A DNA stretch of 64,000 nucleotides from Prevotella sp. (GCA_050946475.1 JBMNUW010000001.1:515-64514); one strand, 5' to 3'. Counted from the first letter of the stretch, positions 36,391-46,826 are shown. Numbers and translations are program-made. The notes: generated by a model not told the origin, from the sequence alone.

Positions 36391-37371
36391 TCAGGGGACA
36401 AAGGTCAGTGCCTCAATGTCTACCACGATGTCACGCGGAGAGCGAACATCGCTGTAGACTCTTATGCGTCTGTAAGTTTCTAACGAGAATTGAGGACAGG
36501 CCTGTTCGTCGAGATCACCACTACAGATGTATTGGTGAGGGCCGTAATGGACGACCTCACCTCTATGGGCTTCACGCAGGGTGAGACGCACCTGACCGAA
36601 GAAGCCATCGCCAAATTCATAATCGACACTGTCACCCACGATGTCGAAATATCGTTTACCATATTGAGACTGAAGATGCCAGCCCCCGTCGACACTGTAA
36701 GAAGACCATAATGCCTGACTGAACGTTGCATTGTCATTGACAATCTCTGAGTGTCTGGAACGAGCTGAGCCCGACATTGATTGCTGTACACGAGCATCAG
36801 GCACCGTCGAAACCGATACGACTCCCGTCCATTGGGCAAGACTCGTTTCAGTGGTGTTCCAGTCAGGGTCATACAGGCGGGCATCCATCCATTCTCCCCC
36901 GGAAGGCAACCATCCCGACGGAGCTTCGCGACAGAGCCAGTCGCTGTCTGATGAATGACAGAACGGATTTCCGTCGGCATCCTCGCCATAAAAGGAAACG
37001 GACAGCATTCGACGATTATAGCTGTTTGGACTAACAGGCGAGAAGAGCACAGCCACTACATTGGTATCCTTTCTCAGGTAAGGAGTGACATCAAGTGTAA
37101 AACGTCGAGGTCGTGAGTCACCAATCTCTCGAACCGGATAATAACGAGCTGTACCGACATTGCATGCATTGACATAAACCTTTACATATCCAGAAGTATT
37201 CAGTGTGACACTAGCCCAATGCGGCCGACCGTCAAAAAGATAAGTCTTCCGAAAATAGTAATGAGACAGGCTGTCGACCGAAGGAGGAGCCATCCAATGA
37301 GTATCAAAATCCTGAGCATGCAGAGGTAACAGGCTTAGCCATAACATCGCCAACAAGAACAGTGGTTTCAT
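36391..37371 (-). CDS. Secreted protein of unknown function, translationally coupled to GH95
   Basis: Signal peptide MKPLFLLAMLWLSLLPLHAQ. Its ATG overlaps the GH95 stop (ATGA at 37368-37371). No family recognised with confidence. Confidence 0.6.
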   Translation of the reverse strand: MKPLFLLAMLWLSLLPLHAQDFDTHWMAPPSVDSLSHYYFRKTYLFDGRPHWASVTLNTSGYVKVYVNACNVGTARYYPVREIGDSRPRRFTLDVTPYLRKDTNVVAVLFSPVSPNSYNRRMLSVSFYGEDADGNPFCHSSDSDWLCREAPSGWLPSGGEWMDARLYDPDWNTTETSLAQWTGVVSVSTVPDARVQQSMSGSARSRHSEIVNDNATFSQALWSSYSVDGGWHLQSQYGKRYFDIVGDSVDYEFGDGFFGQVRLTLREAHRGEVVHYGPHQYICSGDLDEQACPQFSLETYRRIRVYSDVRSPRDIVVDIEALTFVP

Positions 37372-39719
37372 CTTAATTCTTTTGTTTTTCCCGCCTTCAG
37401 TTTTAAGAGATGTTCCACACCATTATATATCAAGTTCAGTCGTCCGCTTTTCTTGGCGGTGACAGAAACTTTCTCTATTTTTCCATTTTTCCATGAGAAA
37501 TCGAGGGTGAAGCCGCCTCGTGCCACCAGGCCCTTCACCGACCCTTCAGACCATTCGGAAGGCAGTGCCGGAAGGAGTTCCACCTTTCCATCTCCGCTTT
37601 GCATGAGCATCTCGCAGACACCAGCCGTGCCGCCGAAATTGCCGTCAATCTGGAAAGGCGGATGGGCATCGAGCAGATTCGGGTATGTTCCGCCATGCTG
37701 ACTACGCTGATTTTTAGGTGTAACATAGGACAGAAGATTCCTATAAATAAGATAAGCCTTATCAGCTCGATGAAGTCTGGCCCAGAGATTGATGCGCCAG
37801 CCGGTGCTCCATCCTGTAGAGACATCCCCCTTCTGTTCCAGCGTCTTTGCTGCCGCGCAAGCAAGTTCAGGCGTGGTAGAGAGAGAAATTTGACTACCGG
37901 GATATAGTCCGATGAGATGACTTTGGTGACGATGATGAATATCCCAGTCATCCCAATCGTAATACCATTCATTGAGATCACCGTTTCGACCCACGACATA
38001 GGGATGAAGACGAGCAATCGTCTGCCGCAGCGTGTCACGATAGTTTTTGTCCACTCCAAGTACCTCAGAAGCCTCGATGGTATTCTTGAATAGTTCTCGA
38101 ATGATGGCAAGGTCTGCCGTTCCACCGTAGCAAGTGGTGCCGTGATAGCCGTCAGGTGTGCGGTATTCATTCTCTGGAGATGTGCTTGGGGCGGTAATCA
38201 ATTCGCCGGGACGCTTCGGGTTATCAATCAACCAACGCAGCATGAAGTCGGAAGCTCCCTTCATCAAAGGATAAGCCTTGTCACGGAGATAATCTTTATC
38301 CTGTGTATAGAGATAATGGTCATAAAGATTCTGCATGAGCCAGGCACCACCCATGTTCCAGTTGCTCCATTCCGGACTTTCGCGTTTCTCACCCACAGGA
38401 TTGCTCATGGCCCAAATGTCAGAGTTGTGACCACAGCTCCATCCCCGGTCAATACCATAGAAATATCGGGCATTGTAGGCACCTGTAATGGCAAGCTGTT
38501 CAGCAAAGGTGGTAAGAGGCTGAAACATTTCAGGCATGTTAGCCACATCGCAAGGCCAGTAATTTTCCTCAAGATTAATGTTGATGGTGTAGTTGCCACG
38601 CCAGGGGGCAAACTTATGAATATTCCAAAGTCCCTGAAGATTGGCAGGTACAGCCGTCGTACGCGAGGATGAAATAAGCAGATAACGACCCATTTGGAAA
38701 TAGAGCGTCTCTAAATAACGATCGAGAGAGGGCGTGGAGCCGTAGGTCTGAAGAAGTGAGTCGGTGGATATTTCGCTGTTAAACTGTGCTCTTCCCAACT
38801 GAAAGCTCACTCTACTGAATATTTTCCGATAGTCGGCAAGATGGCGGTCGAGCAACTGCTGGTAATTGAAATTCACCAAATGCCAGGCATCATTCATGGC
38901 ATTCTCCACGAAGGGAGCACCTTCACGAACAGGATGTTGGCGAGCTCCGTTGAAACTTGTCTCATTGACCACATAGACCACTGCACTGGTAGCGTTGCGA
39001 AGAACAAGACTGCTGTCGGTGGCAACGACGTCACCTCCAGCATTCTTCACTCTCAACACGGTACAAAAATGAATAGTTTCACGCGGGTCTCCCATAGCAT
39101 GGCCTAACATCGTGATTTGTCGGTCAGACACACGAACGTTACTATTAACCAATGTATCGAAACGCAACTCGCAATTGAGCGCTCCAGGCCGGGAAGCCTC
39201 CAGACGGACAGCTATCATCTTATCGGGATGGGAAACAAAATAAGTGCGGTTGAAGCGTACGCCTCCGCGTTCGTAACTGTCACGGCATACAGCACTGTCA
39301 AGACTCAGCGAACGGCGGTAACCGGTGACAGTTCCCGTATTGCAGTCCACGATATGAAGAACAGAAAGCGGCTGGTAATATTGAGAGTTATACCCCTGTA
39401 CATGGAGCTGAAGTGAGTCAGCCAGCCGATAATTCTCCTGAAATAGCGCTTCCCGGATACGAGGTATCCAAGCCGCAGCACCCTTTCCCTGCTCCAAATC
39501 CACCGGACGGCCACTCCAGAAAGTAATGTCGTTGAGATAGACGGTATTGTCGTCGGGCTGACCATAGACGGTGGCTCCCAGTTTACCATTACCAATCGGA
39601 AGTGCCTCCTCGAAAATGGTAGCTGGACGGTTGTACCAAAGTGTATATGGTAACGACTGAGCAAACAGTTCCGGGAAGCTCAGTAAGGTCAGACATAATA
39701 AAGTGAAGATTCTCTTCAT
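37368..39719 (-). CDS. Glycoside hydrolase family 95 (alpha-L-fucosidase-like)
   Basis: ATG 39719 (MKRIFTLLCLTLLSFPELFA). N-terminal GH95 signature LWYNRPATIFEEALPIGNGKLGATVYG. Confidence 0.88.
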   Translation of the reverse strand: MKRIFTLLCLTLLSFPELFAQSLPYTLWYNRPATIFEEALPIGNGKLGATVYGQPDDNTVYLNDITFWSGRPVDLEQGKGAAAWIPRIREALFQENYRLADSLQLHVQGYNSQYYQPLSVLHIVDCNTGTVTGYRRSLSLDSAVCRDSYERGGVRFNRTYFVSHPDKMIAVRLEASRPGALNCELRFDTLVNSNVRVSDRQITMLGHAMGDPRETIHFCTVLRVKNAGGDVVATDSSLVLRNATSAVVYVVNETSFNGARQHPVREGAPFVENAMNDAWHLVNFNYQQLLDRHLADYRKIFSRVSFQLGRAQFNSEISTDSLLQTYGSTPSLDRYLETLYFQMGRYLLISSSRTTAVPANLQGLWNIHKFAPWRGNYTININLEENYWPCDVANMPEMFQPLTTFAEQLAITGAYNARYFYGIDRGWSCGHNSDIWAMSNPVGEKRESPEWSNWNMGGAWLMQNLYDHYLYTQDKDYLRDKAYPLMKGASDFMLRWLIDNPKRPGELITAPSTSPENEYRTPDGYHGTTCYGGTADLAIIRELFKNTIEASEVLGVDKNYRDTLRQTIARLHPYVVGRNGDLNEWYYDWDDWDIHHRHQSHLIGLYPGSQISLSTTPELACAAAKTLEQKGDVSTGWSTGWRINLWARLHRADKAYLIYRNLLSYVTPKNQRSQHGGTYPNLLDAHPPFQIDGNFGGTAGVCEMLMQSGDGKVELLPALPSEWSEGSVKGLVARGGFTLDFSWKNGKIEKVSVTAKKSGRLNLIYNGVEHLLKLKAGKTKELR

Positions 39720-39902
39720 ATTGGTTTTGTTTTTAAACGAACCAAGTTCGTAGAAATAGATAAACGAATCGACCTTGCAAATATCAATGAAAGTTCCGCT
39801 TGAAACAAAAAAGCATGGCACTTCCCCGCTAAGGAGAAGCCCATGCTATAATATCGATAGTAATTACGTAATATCAGTATCTTGACCGCGCCTCATTGAT
39901 GA

Positions 39903-41879
39903 CTAAGCATCGATATTGGCGTAGGTGGCATTCTGCTCAATGAACTCGCGACGGGGCTCCACGTCGTCGCCCATGAGCATGGAGAAGATTTCGTCGGCTT
40001 CGGCAGCATTTTCTATCGTCACCTGCTTGAGCAGACGTCTCTTCGGATCCATAGTGGTTTCCCAAAGTTGTTCAGGATTCATTTCTCCCAAACCTTTGTA
40101 ACGCTGGGTGTGGATGCTCTTGCCATCCTCTACGCCGTTGCCGTACTTGTCGAGGAAAGCCTGTCGCTGCTGTTCGGTGTAGCAATATTCGCTCACCTTG
40201 TTTTTATAGGAGCACTTATAAAGTGGCGGCGTGGCAATATATAGATGTCCGTCCTCTATGACCTTCGGCATGAACCGATAGAAAAGAGTCATGATAAGGG
40301 TGTCGATGTGAGAACCATCGACATCGGCATCGGTCATGATGATAATCTTGTCGTAGCGAAGCTTATCAATGTTGGCTTCACGGTCGTCTTCGCCGTCCAC
40401 GCCGAAGCGGACGCCGATACTCTGTATGATGTTCATCACCGATTCGGCTTCGAAAACGCGATGCCACTGTACCTTCTCCACGTTCAGAATCTTACCACGC
40501 AAAGGCAGAATGGCCTGTGTATAACGGTCGCGGCCCTGCTTGGCGGAGCCGCCTGCGGAGTCACCCTCGACAAGGAAAATCTCACATTCCTTGGGATCTT
40601 TGTTAGAACAGTCGGCCAGCTTACCAGGCAGACCGCCTCCGCTCATCACGTTCTTGCGCTGAACGCTCTCGCGAGCCTTACGAGCAGCGATTCGCGCTGT
40701 AGCGGCAAGCACCACCTTCTCACAGATTTTCTTAGCCTCAGAAGGATGTTCCTCCAGATAGTTGGTCAGAGCCTCACCGACAGCCTGCTGTACCGCACCT
40801 GTCACCTCACTATTGCCAAGTTTGGTCTTGGTCTGTCCCTCAAACTGGGGCTCGGCAACCTTAACGGAGATAACGGCGGTAAGTCCTTCTCGGAAGTCTT
40901 CACCAGCAATCTCAATCTTGGCTTTTTCTATCTGCTTGGAAATCTGGGGGTCGTTGTCGGCATAAGTCTTGAGCACACGCGTCAAGGCCATACGGAATCC
41001 CGTAAGGTGAGTTCCGCCCTCGATGGTATTGATATTATTAACGTATGAGTGAATGTTCTCCGAATAGTCAGTGTTGTACATCATGGCCACTTCGATGGGC
41101 ACACCCTGCTTCTCAGTCTTGAGATAGATGACATCATCGAAGAGATGCGTACGATGACGGTCAATGTAGCGCACAAATTCTTTCAATCCATCCTTGGCAT
41201 GGAACACTTCCTGACGCGTCTTTCCAGTTTCCGGGTCGGGACGGAGGTCCGTCAGCACGATTTTAATGCCGGCATTCAGATAGGCCAGCTCACGCATACG
41301 ACGAGCAACAATGTCCCACTGGAATGTAGTAGTGGTGAAGATGGTAGGGTCTGGCCAGAACTGTTGGCGAGTGCCTCGCTTGTCGGTCTCACCCACAACC
41401 TTCACGGGATAAAGGGGCTTGCCCTTCTCATATTCCTGCTGATAAATCTTACCATCGCGATACACCTGCGAGGTCATGTGTGAGGAAAGAGCATTAACGC
41501 AGCTCACGCCCACTCCGTGAAGTCCGCCAGACACCTTGTAAGAGCCTTTGTCGAACTTACCACCGGCGTGAAGCACCGTCATCACAACCTCAAGAGCGCT
41601 CTTGTGGAGCTTGGCATGCTCATCCACGGGGATTCCACGTCCGTCATCTTCCACGCTAACGGAATTGTCGGGGTAAATAGTCACCTCAATATTGTGGCAA
41701 TATCCAGCCATGGCCTCGTCGATAGAGTTATCCACGGTCTCGTTGATAAGATGATGCAATCCCTTTTCACTGATATCGCCGATGTACATGGCAGGCCGTT
41801 TACGCACAGCCTCCAAGCCCTCAAGCACTTGAATGTTTGAGGCAGAATATGTACTTTTCTCGTTCTGATTGTCTGTCAT
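39903..41879 (-). CDS. gyrB: DNA gyrase subunit B
   Basis: 658 aa. GHKL ATPase motifs (GLHHLINETVDNSIDE, GGLHGVG) and TOPRIM (EIFLVEGDSAGG, IMTDADVDGSHI). Confidence 0.98.
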   Translation of the reverse strand: MTDNQNEKSTYSASNIQVLEGLEAVRKRPAMYIGDISEKGLHHLINETVDNSIDEAMAGYCHNIEVTIYPDNSVSVEDDGRGIPVDEHAKLHKSALEVVMTVLHAGGKFDKGSYKVSGGLHGVGVSCVNALSSHMTSQVYRDGKIYQQEYEKGKPLYPVKVVGETDKRGTRQQFWPDPTIFTTTTFQWDIVARRMRELAYLNAGIKIVLTDLRPDPETGKTRQEVFHAKDGLKEFVRYIDRHRTHLFDDVIYLKTEKQGVPIEVAMMYNTDYSENIHSYVNNINTIEGGTHLTGFRMALTRVLKTYADNDPQISKQIEKAKIEIAGEDFREGLTAVISVKVAEPQFEGQTKTKLGNSEVTGAVQQAVGEALTNYLEEHPSEAKKICEKVVLAATARIAARKARESVQRKNVMSGGGLPGKLADCSNKDPKECEIFLVEGDSAGGSAKQGRDRYTQAILPLRGKILNVEKVQWHRVFEAESVMNIIQSIGVRFGVDGEDDREANIDKLRYDKIIIMTDADVDGSHIDTLIMTLFYRFMPKVIEDGHLYIATPPLYKCSYKNKVSEYCYTEQQRQAFLDKYGNGVEDGKSIHTQRYKGLGEMNPEQLWETTMDPKRRLLKQVTIENAAEADEIFSMLMGDDVEPRREFIEQNATYANIDA

Positions 41880-41901
41880 TGTCTTACTGGAATTAACTAT
41901 G

Positions 41902-41909
41902 CAAAATTA
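41902..41909 (-). promoter_or_regulatory. -7 promoter element (TAATTTTG) for gyrB
   Basis: The + strand reads CAAAATTA, 23 nt upstream of ATG 41879. Confidence 0.45.
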
Positions 41910-42078
41910 CGAAAATTTAATGACAAAAACGAAGAAAATGGACATTAATTTATACTCCCTTCAAGGCTTTACAACATTTTGATTTTTCATCGAAAAAAGC
42001 AAAAGAAATTTGGCTCTTGAGGCATATAAGTAAATCCCTGAACAGATGCTTTTGTACAGGGACTCTCAATACTAAAAC

Positions 42079-42112
42079 AAAAAAAAGCCGTACCTTCAAA
42101 AGGTGCGGCTTT
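42079..42112 (-). terminator. Rho-independent terminator of rpsT
   Basis: Stem AGCCGTACCTT (42086-42096) pairs with AAGGTGCGGCT (42100-42110), with one mismatch. On the minus strand it is followed by T8. Confidence 0.7.
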
Positions 42113-42141
42113 AATTATATTATCAGTTTTATACGTTCGTC

Positions 42142-42396
42142 TTATGCCAGACTACTAACGTGCTTAGACAGGCTTGACTTCAAGTTGGAAGCCTTATTGC
42201 TGTGAATAATGTTGTCCTTAGCCAACTTGTCGAGCATCTTCTGCACAGAAGGATAAAGCTTGGAAGCCTCATCCTTGTCAGTTATGGAGCGCAACTTACG
42301 AACTGCGTTACGCATGGTCTTTGCATAATATTTATTGTGCAAAGTTCTAACCTTCGTCTGACGAATTCTTTTCAGTGATGATTTGTGATTTGCCAT
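42142..42396 (-). CDS. rpsT: 30S ribosomal protein S20
   Basis: [22 protein letters not shown]... 84 aa, highly basic. Confidence 0.95.
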   Translation of the reverse strand: MANHKSSLKRIRQTKVRTLHNKYYAKTMRNAVRKLRSITDKDEASKLYPSVQKMLDKLAKDNIIHSNKASNLKSSLSKHVSSLA

Positions 42397-42423
42397 CTTT
42401 CTATTTCTTTTTATTTTTCTTTG

Positions 42424-42495
42424 TAGTCCCTAGCAGAATCGAACTGCTCTTTAGAGAATGAAAATCTCTCGTCCTAACCGATAGACGAAGGGACC
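42424..42495 (-). tRNA. tRNA-Glu (anticodon TTC)
   Basis: I folded the cloverleaf by hand: GGTCCCT-TC-GTCT-ATCGGTTA-GGAC-G-AGAGA-TTTTCAT-TCTCT-AAAG-AGCAG-TTCGATT-CTGCT-AGGGACT-A. T-loop is TTCGATT. CCA is not encoded. Confidence 0.88.
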
Positions 42496-42513
42496 ATCAC
42501 GCATTTGTGGCTG

Positions 42514-42521
42514 CAAAATTA
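42514..42521 (-). promoter_or_regulatory. -7 promoter element (TAATTTTG) upstream of tRNA-Glu (and probably rpsT)
   Basis: The + strand reads CAAAATTA, 19 nt upstream of the tRNA 5' end. No other -7 box lies between the tRNA and rpsT (27-nt gap). Confidence 0.45.
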
Positions 42522-42601
42522 CAGCTTTTTCTTTTGCCCACCAAATTTTTCATTGACATTTTTCTTCAGAAACATTGATTTTTAGTATTTTTGTGGAAAA
42601 T

Positions 42602-43327
42602 ATGGAAATAAAGACGAATGCTTTGGTGCTGCGCACCACCCAACTCCCGGGTAACAAACTTATCGTTGACCTGCTTACTCGCGAAGCAGGTCGACTGTCT
42701 GTACTGTGCCGGGTAAGTCGTTCTGGACGAGGCGCTGTAAAGAAACAATTCTTTCAGCCACTTTCCATCTTGGATGTAGACGTCGAACAGAAGCCTACCG
42801 CAACATTAGCAAGATTCAAGGACGTTCGCCTCGCCTTACCTTACGTTTCCATTCAGACGGATATGCTGAAACTGCCTCTGGCTCTCTTCCTCGCCGAATT
42901 TCTCACTTACGCCACTCGCGACGAACAACGAAACCCGCTGCTTTACGATTATGTGGAACAGAGCCTCAACTGGTTGGACAACGCAACAAGCCATTTTGCC
43001 AACTTTCATCTCACTTTCATGATGCATCTTTCTCTCTTCATTGGCTTCTATCCAAACCTGCACAAGGAGTCGGATGATGAATGGTTTGACCTGCGCAGTG
43101 GCTCATTCACGAATATCAGGCCTTCTCATCCCGACGCACTGGAACCTGCCGAGGCAGACAAAATAAAAATTCTCATGCGCATGAACTATGAGAACATGCA
43201 CCTCTTCAAAATGACACGTGAGGAACGGAACCGATGCGTCAGCATCATTCTTTACTACTACCGCTTGCACATTCCCAATTTCCCGGAGCTTCGGTCTTTG
43301 AGCGTTCTCCAGTCGCTTTTCGATTAA
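42602..43327 (+). CDS. recO: DNA repair protein RecO
   Basis: ATG 42602 (MEIKTNALVLRTTQLPGNKLIVDLLTRE). OB-fold N-terminus typical of RecO. 241 aa. Confidence 0.88.
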   Translation: MEIKTNALVLRTTQLPGNKLIVDLLTREAGRLSVLCRVSRSGRGAVKKQFFQPLSILDVDVEQKPTATLARFKDVRLALPYVSIQTDMLKLPLALFLAEFLTYATRDEQRNPLLYDYVEQSLNWLDNATSHFANFHLTFMMHLSLFIGFYPNLHKESDDEWFDLRSGSFTNIRPSHPDALEPAEADKIKILMRMNYENMHLFKMTREERNRCVSIILYYYRLHIPNFPELRSLSVLQSLFD

Positions 43328-43383
43328 AACAAGTCAGCCCGGACATTCTTCCTATTTCGGAAGAACATCCGGGCTGACTTGTT
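43328..43383. terminator. Long bidirectional hairpin between convergent recO and the yqeY-like gene
   Basis: AACAAGTCAGCCCGGACATTCTTCC...GGAAGAACATCCGGGCTGACTTGTT, with ~25-bp arms and two mismatches. Confidence 0.65.
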
Positions 43384-43422
43384 TATATCTATTCCGTGCA
43401 AAAACTAATTGCAAAGCATTTC

Positions 43423-43872
43423 TTATGCCAGCAACTTTCTAACGATTTCCGAAATCACCTTACCATCGGCTTTTCCAGCCATCTGCTTGGAAGCGATTCC
43501 CATCACTTTTCCCATTCCTTTCATATCGGTAACTCCAGTCTGAGCAATAATATCCCGAACCTGAGCTTCTATTTCTTCCTTGGAAAGGGGCTTGGGGAGA
43601 TACTCTTTAATGACAGCCACCTGTGCCAACTCCTCGTCGGCGAGATCCTGCCGACCGGCTTTTTGATAGGTATCGGCGCTTTCCTCGCCCTGTTTCACAA
43701 GCTTCTGCAGAATTTTAAGAGCGGCAGTATCCTCCAGCGTATCATTGGCACCCGGAGCCGTCTTGGCCTCGATAAACACCTTCTTGATATTGCGCAAGGT
43801 TTCAACGCGCACCTTATCGTGCGCTTTCATGGCAGTACGGATATCGCTGCTCACCTGAGAAAACAAATCCAT
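43423..43872 (-). CDS. GatB/YqeY domain-containing protein
   Basis: 149 aa. Begins MDLFSQVSSDIRTAMKAHDKVRVETLRNIK, typical of the YqeY family. Confidence 0.88.
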   Translation of the reverse strand: MDLFSQVSSDIRTAMKAHDKVRVETLRNIKKVFIEAKTAPGANDTLEDTAALKILQKLVKQGEESADTYQKAGRQDLADEELAQVAVIKEYLPKPLSKEEIEAQVRDIIAQTGVTDMKGMGKVMGIASKQMAGKADGKVISEIVRKLLA

Positions 43873-43941
43873 GATATATCTATTTTTTAATCTGATTTAT
43901 TATCTGATAATCTATCCGACGACGTTAATTTGTTTGCTGAG

Positions 43942-45288
43942 TCAGACAAAGGAAATTACACCTCCGTTGTTGTCCGCCTTATCTGTATCCTGAGCGGCAA
44001 CGGCATTGCCCTTCGTCTGGCTTTGAATTTTATTTAAGGTCTGGAGAGTTCTCGAGTAAGTCGGAGAGTTCTCGACAGCAAGTATCAAGTCTTCGTTATC
44101 CAAGTCTTCGGGTCCGAAAACGAAGATGTGGGGGCGCTGCTTATACATATTCGTGCCTTCCTTCCCGCCATAGTAGTGATCACGGCGCTGTATCTTCTCA
44201 ATTTCCGATTCCTCCGCCTTTGCGTCTCTCTCGCGTACATTTTCACGTCTGCGCTGCATGGCATCCTTGGGCTCCACGTCAGATACTCCGAATCCCGTAG
44301 CGAGGATAGTGACTTTCACCTTGTTGCCAAGAGAAGGATCTGTTGCGACACCCCACTTCATTTCGAAGTCTGTACCCAGTTTGGCCATGAAATTGTTCAC
44401 ATCGTTCATCTCGTCCATCATCAGTCCCTGGTTGTCCTTATCACTGTTGAAACTGATGGAGAGCAGGATTTTCTTGGCATTATATACGTCGTTATCGTTG
44501 AGCAGCGGTGAATTGAGTGCGTCCTCAATGGCAATACGCACACGACCGTCGCCCTCTCCGTAACCTGTGGACATGATGGCAACCCCTCCGTCCTTGAGCA
44601 CTGTCTTCACGTCGTTAAAGTCAAGATTGATGATTCCGTGGGTGGTGATAATTTCGGCGATGCTCTTTGCAGCCACACTGAGAGTATCATCGGCCTTGGC
44701 AAAGGCATTAAGCAACGACACGTCGGCATAGATGTCACGCAGACGCTCGTTATTGATTACCAGCAGAGCATCTACATGCTTTGCCATCTCCTCTACTCCG
44801 TCAAGAGCCTGGTCAATCTTTCTGACACCCTCGAAAGCAAAAGGAATAGTGACGATACCAACTGTCAGGATGCCCATATCTTTACTGATTTGAGCAATCA
44901 CAGGAGCTGCACCGGTTCCGGTTCCACCTCCCATACCTGCAGTGATGAAAGCCATCTTCGTGCCGTCATTGAGCATATTGCGAATGGCATCCTCGGTTTC
45001 GTGAGCAGCCACGCGAGCCTTTTCAGGTTTATTGCCTGCCCCCAAGCCTTCCTTGCCCAACTGAATATGCACAGGTACAGGAGAATCATCGAGAGCCTTG
45101 CGGTCCGTGTTACACAGCACAAACGACACATCATGGATACCCTCGCGGTACATGTGATTCACGGCATTGCCACCGCCGCCGCCGACGCCAATGACTTTAA
45201 TGATGCTGTGTTCCTTTGTAGGAACTACGACATCTATCAATTGAGACCTTACCGTCTCTTTTTTATCTTGATTGTTGTTTTCTGGCAT
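43942..45288 (-). CDS. ftsZ: Cell division protein FtsZ
   Basis: GVGGGGGNAVNHM and the tubulin signature GGGTGTGAAPVIA. Confidence 0.98.
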   Translation of the reverse strand: MPENNNQDKKETVRSQLIDVVVPTKEHSIIKVIGVGGGGGNAVNHMYREGIHDVSFVLCNTDRKALDDSPVPVHIQLGKEGLGAGNKPEKARVAAHETEDAIRNMLNDGTKMAFITAGMGGGTGTGAAPVIAQISKDMGILTVGIVTIPFAFEGVRKIDQALDGVEEMAKHVDALLVINNERLRDIYADVSLLNAFAKADDTLSVAAKSIAEIITTHGIINLDFNDVKTVLKDGGVAIMSTGYGEGDGRVRIAIEDALNSPLLNDNDVYNAKKILLSISFNSDKDNQGLMMDEMNDVNNFMAKLGTDFEMKWGVATDPSLGNKVKVTILATGFGVSDVEPKDAMQRRRENVRERDAKAEESEIEKIQRRDHYYGGKEGTNMYKQRPHIFVFGPEDLDNEDLILAVENSPTYSRTLQTLNKIQSQTKGNAVAAQDTDKADNNGGVISFV

Positions 45289-45318
45289 AATTCTTTAACT
45301 CTTAAAAGATTGATACTC

Positions 45319-46812
45319 TCATTTCTCGTCCTCTTCTTCAGAAATGATGGTCTTGAAGAAGCGTCCCATGGAATGTTTGAACTTTGAAAGAATCGTGGGC
45401 TTCGCTTCGCGCTCTTCGTCCTCGGCTCCATTCTCCTTATCATCATCTTTCCGGGCAGCATTCTTTTTCTCAAGTCCATCTGTCGAACGTCCGGTCTCTT
45501 CACCCACTTTGCCGCTGTTATCCATAACCACACCAGATCCGGGAGCATGAGATATACCGGAATTTGCAGATGAGCCGTTCTGTACGCCTCCAATAGAATT
45601 AACGCCTGCTGCCGTTCCATTCATGGAATTTACCACGGAAGGATTGTCGAACAGACCATTGGAGAACTCCGGACCGGCACAATTCATGTCTCCTTTGGCC
45701 AGGAGTCCGAGCAAAGTATTCATACGACCATCGTGGGCAGTAATGAGCGGATTAGTGGAATTAACCGTCAGCAGCACATCATGGGCAATACGCACTTTCT
45801 TTACCTTTGCTATGCGCTTCACAGCCTCATCCACATTCTTCATATTCGAGCCTCCGCCGGTGAGTACAATACCGCCGGTCAATTTCTCATAGAGGCCGTC
45901 CGGCACTACATTCAGTGCATTGTAGATAATTTCATAGAAGCGGTCTGCCACAATTTTAGAAAAAGTTGGAATAGGCACATTCACATCATTGCCGGCAGGA
46001 TAAGAGCCATCCGAATTGAGGTCTTTGTCCTCCATGGATGCACTGGCATAGCGCAGTTTCATTTTCTCTGCCTCCAGCTCATCTATCTGCAGTGAAGCAA
46101 TGTCCTTCGTGATGTTAGCGCTTCCGAGAGGCAGCACCGTAAGGTTACGTAACACACTCTTGTGATAGACTGCCACTGTAGTTGTATCGGCGCCGAGGTC
46201 TATGAGCATACAGCCACTGCGTTTGTCGTTATCGGTAAGCACCACGTCTGCCAGGGCCAAAGGCGCCAGAAACAATTCTGCGATGGCGACACCGGCACTT
46301 TCGAAGCACTTCGTGAGATTGCGGTAGAACGTTTTCCGGAAGAGGATGTTCAGGAAATTGCCCTCCAGTCGACTACAAGGAATGCCCACCGGGTCGAGTT
46401 GATATTGTGAATCGACCTTATATTCCTGCGTAACCACGTCAAGAATATTCATTTCTGGATAATCCATGCCGCGGTTGACATCCATCATCTGATCCACCAT
46501 TTCCTGCGTCACCACCGTTCCGGCGGGCAAGTCTTTTACATGAGTGTTGATGACACTGTGGATGGACCGTCCTCCCACTCCAACGTAGACTCGGGCAATC
46601 TTGGCTTTCAGCGTCTTCTCCAGCTTGCTGATGATATTGGTGATTGCCTGTACCGTCTTGTCGATATTGTAGACTACACCTTTGTTGATGAAGGTTGAAG
46701 AGTCCTCGCTAGCCACAGCTGTGACACTGAGGCTTCCGTCTGGATTCTTCCTCCCTGCAATGCCTGTAATCTTGGAGGAGCCAAGTTCTATTGCTACTAT
46801 AAAATCTGCCAT
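45319..46812 (-). CDS. ftsA: Cell division protein FtsA
   Basis: Actin-like ATPase (IVAIELGSSKITGIAG, IDLGADTTTVAVY). Long low-complexity C-terminal linker and a terminal amphipathic helix. Confidence 0.95.
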   Translation of the reverse strand: MADFIVAIELGSSKITGIAGRKNPDGSLSVTAVASEDSSTFINKGVVYNIDKTVQAITNIISKLEKTLKAKIARVYVGVGGRSIHSVINTHVKDLPAGTVVTQEMVDQMMDVNRGMDYPEMNILDVVTQEYKVDSQYQLDPVGIPCSRLEGNFLNILFRKTFYRNLTKCFESAGVAIAELFLAPLALADVVLTDNDKRSGCMLIDLGADTTTVAVYHKSVLRNLTVLPLGSANITKDIASLQIDELEAEKMKLRYASASMEDKDLNSDGSYPAGNDVNVPIPTFSKIVADRFYEIIYNALNVVPDGLYEKLTGGIVLTGGGSNMKNVDEAVKRIAKVKKVRIAHDVLLTVNSTNPLITAHDGRMNTLLGLLAKGDMNCAGPEFSNGLFDNPSVVNSMNGTAAGVNSIGGVQNGSSANSGISHAPGSGVVMDNSGKVGEETGRSTDGLEKKNAARKDDDKENGAEDEEREAKPTILSKFKHSMGRFFKTIISEEEDEK

Positions 46813-46826
46813 GCGTTATTTATTAA

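Noticed and set aside
39720-42600. Replication-origin idea (gyrB neighbourhood, long AT-rich spacers, tandem repeats elsewhere)
   Set aside because: dnaA and dnaN are not in the window. On reading the spacers I did not notice clustered TTATCCACA-like DnaA boxes. This was not an exhaustive computational scan.
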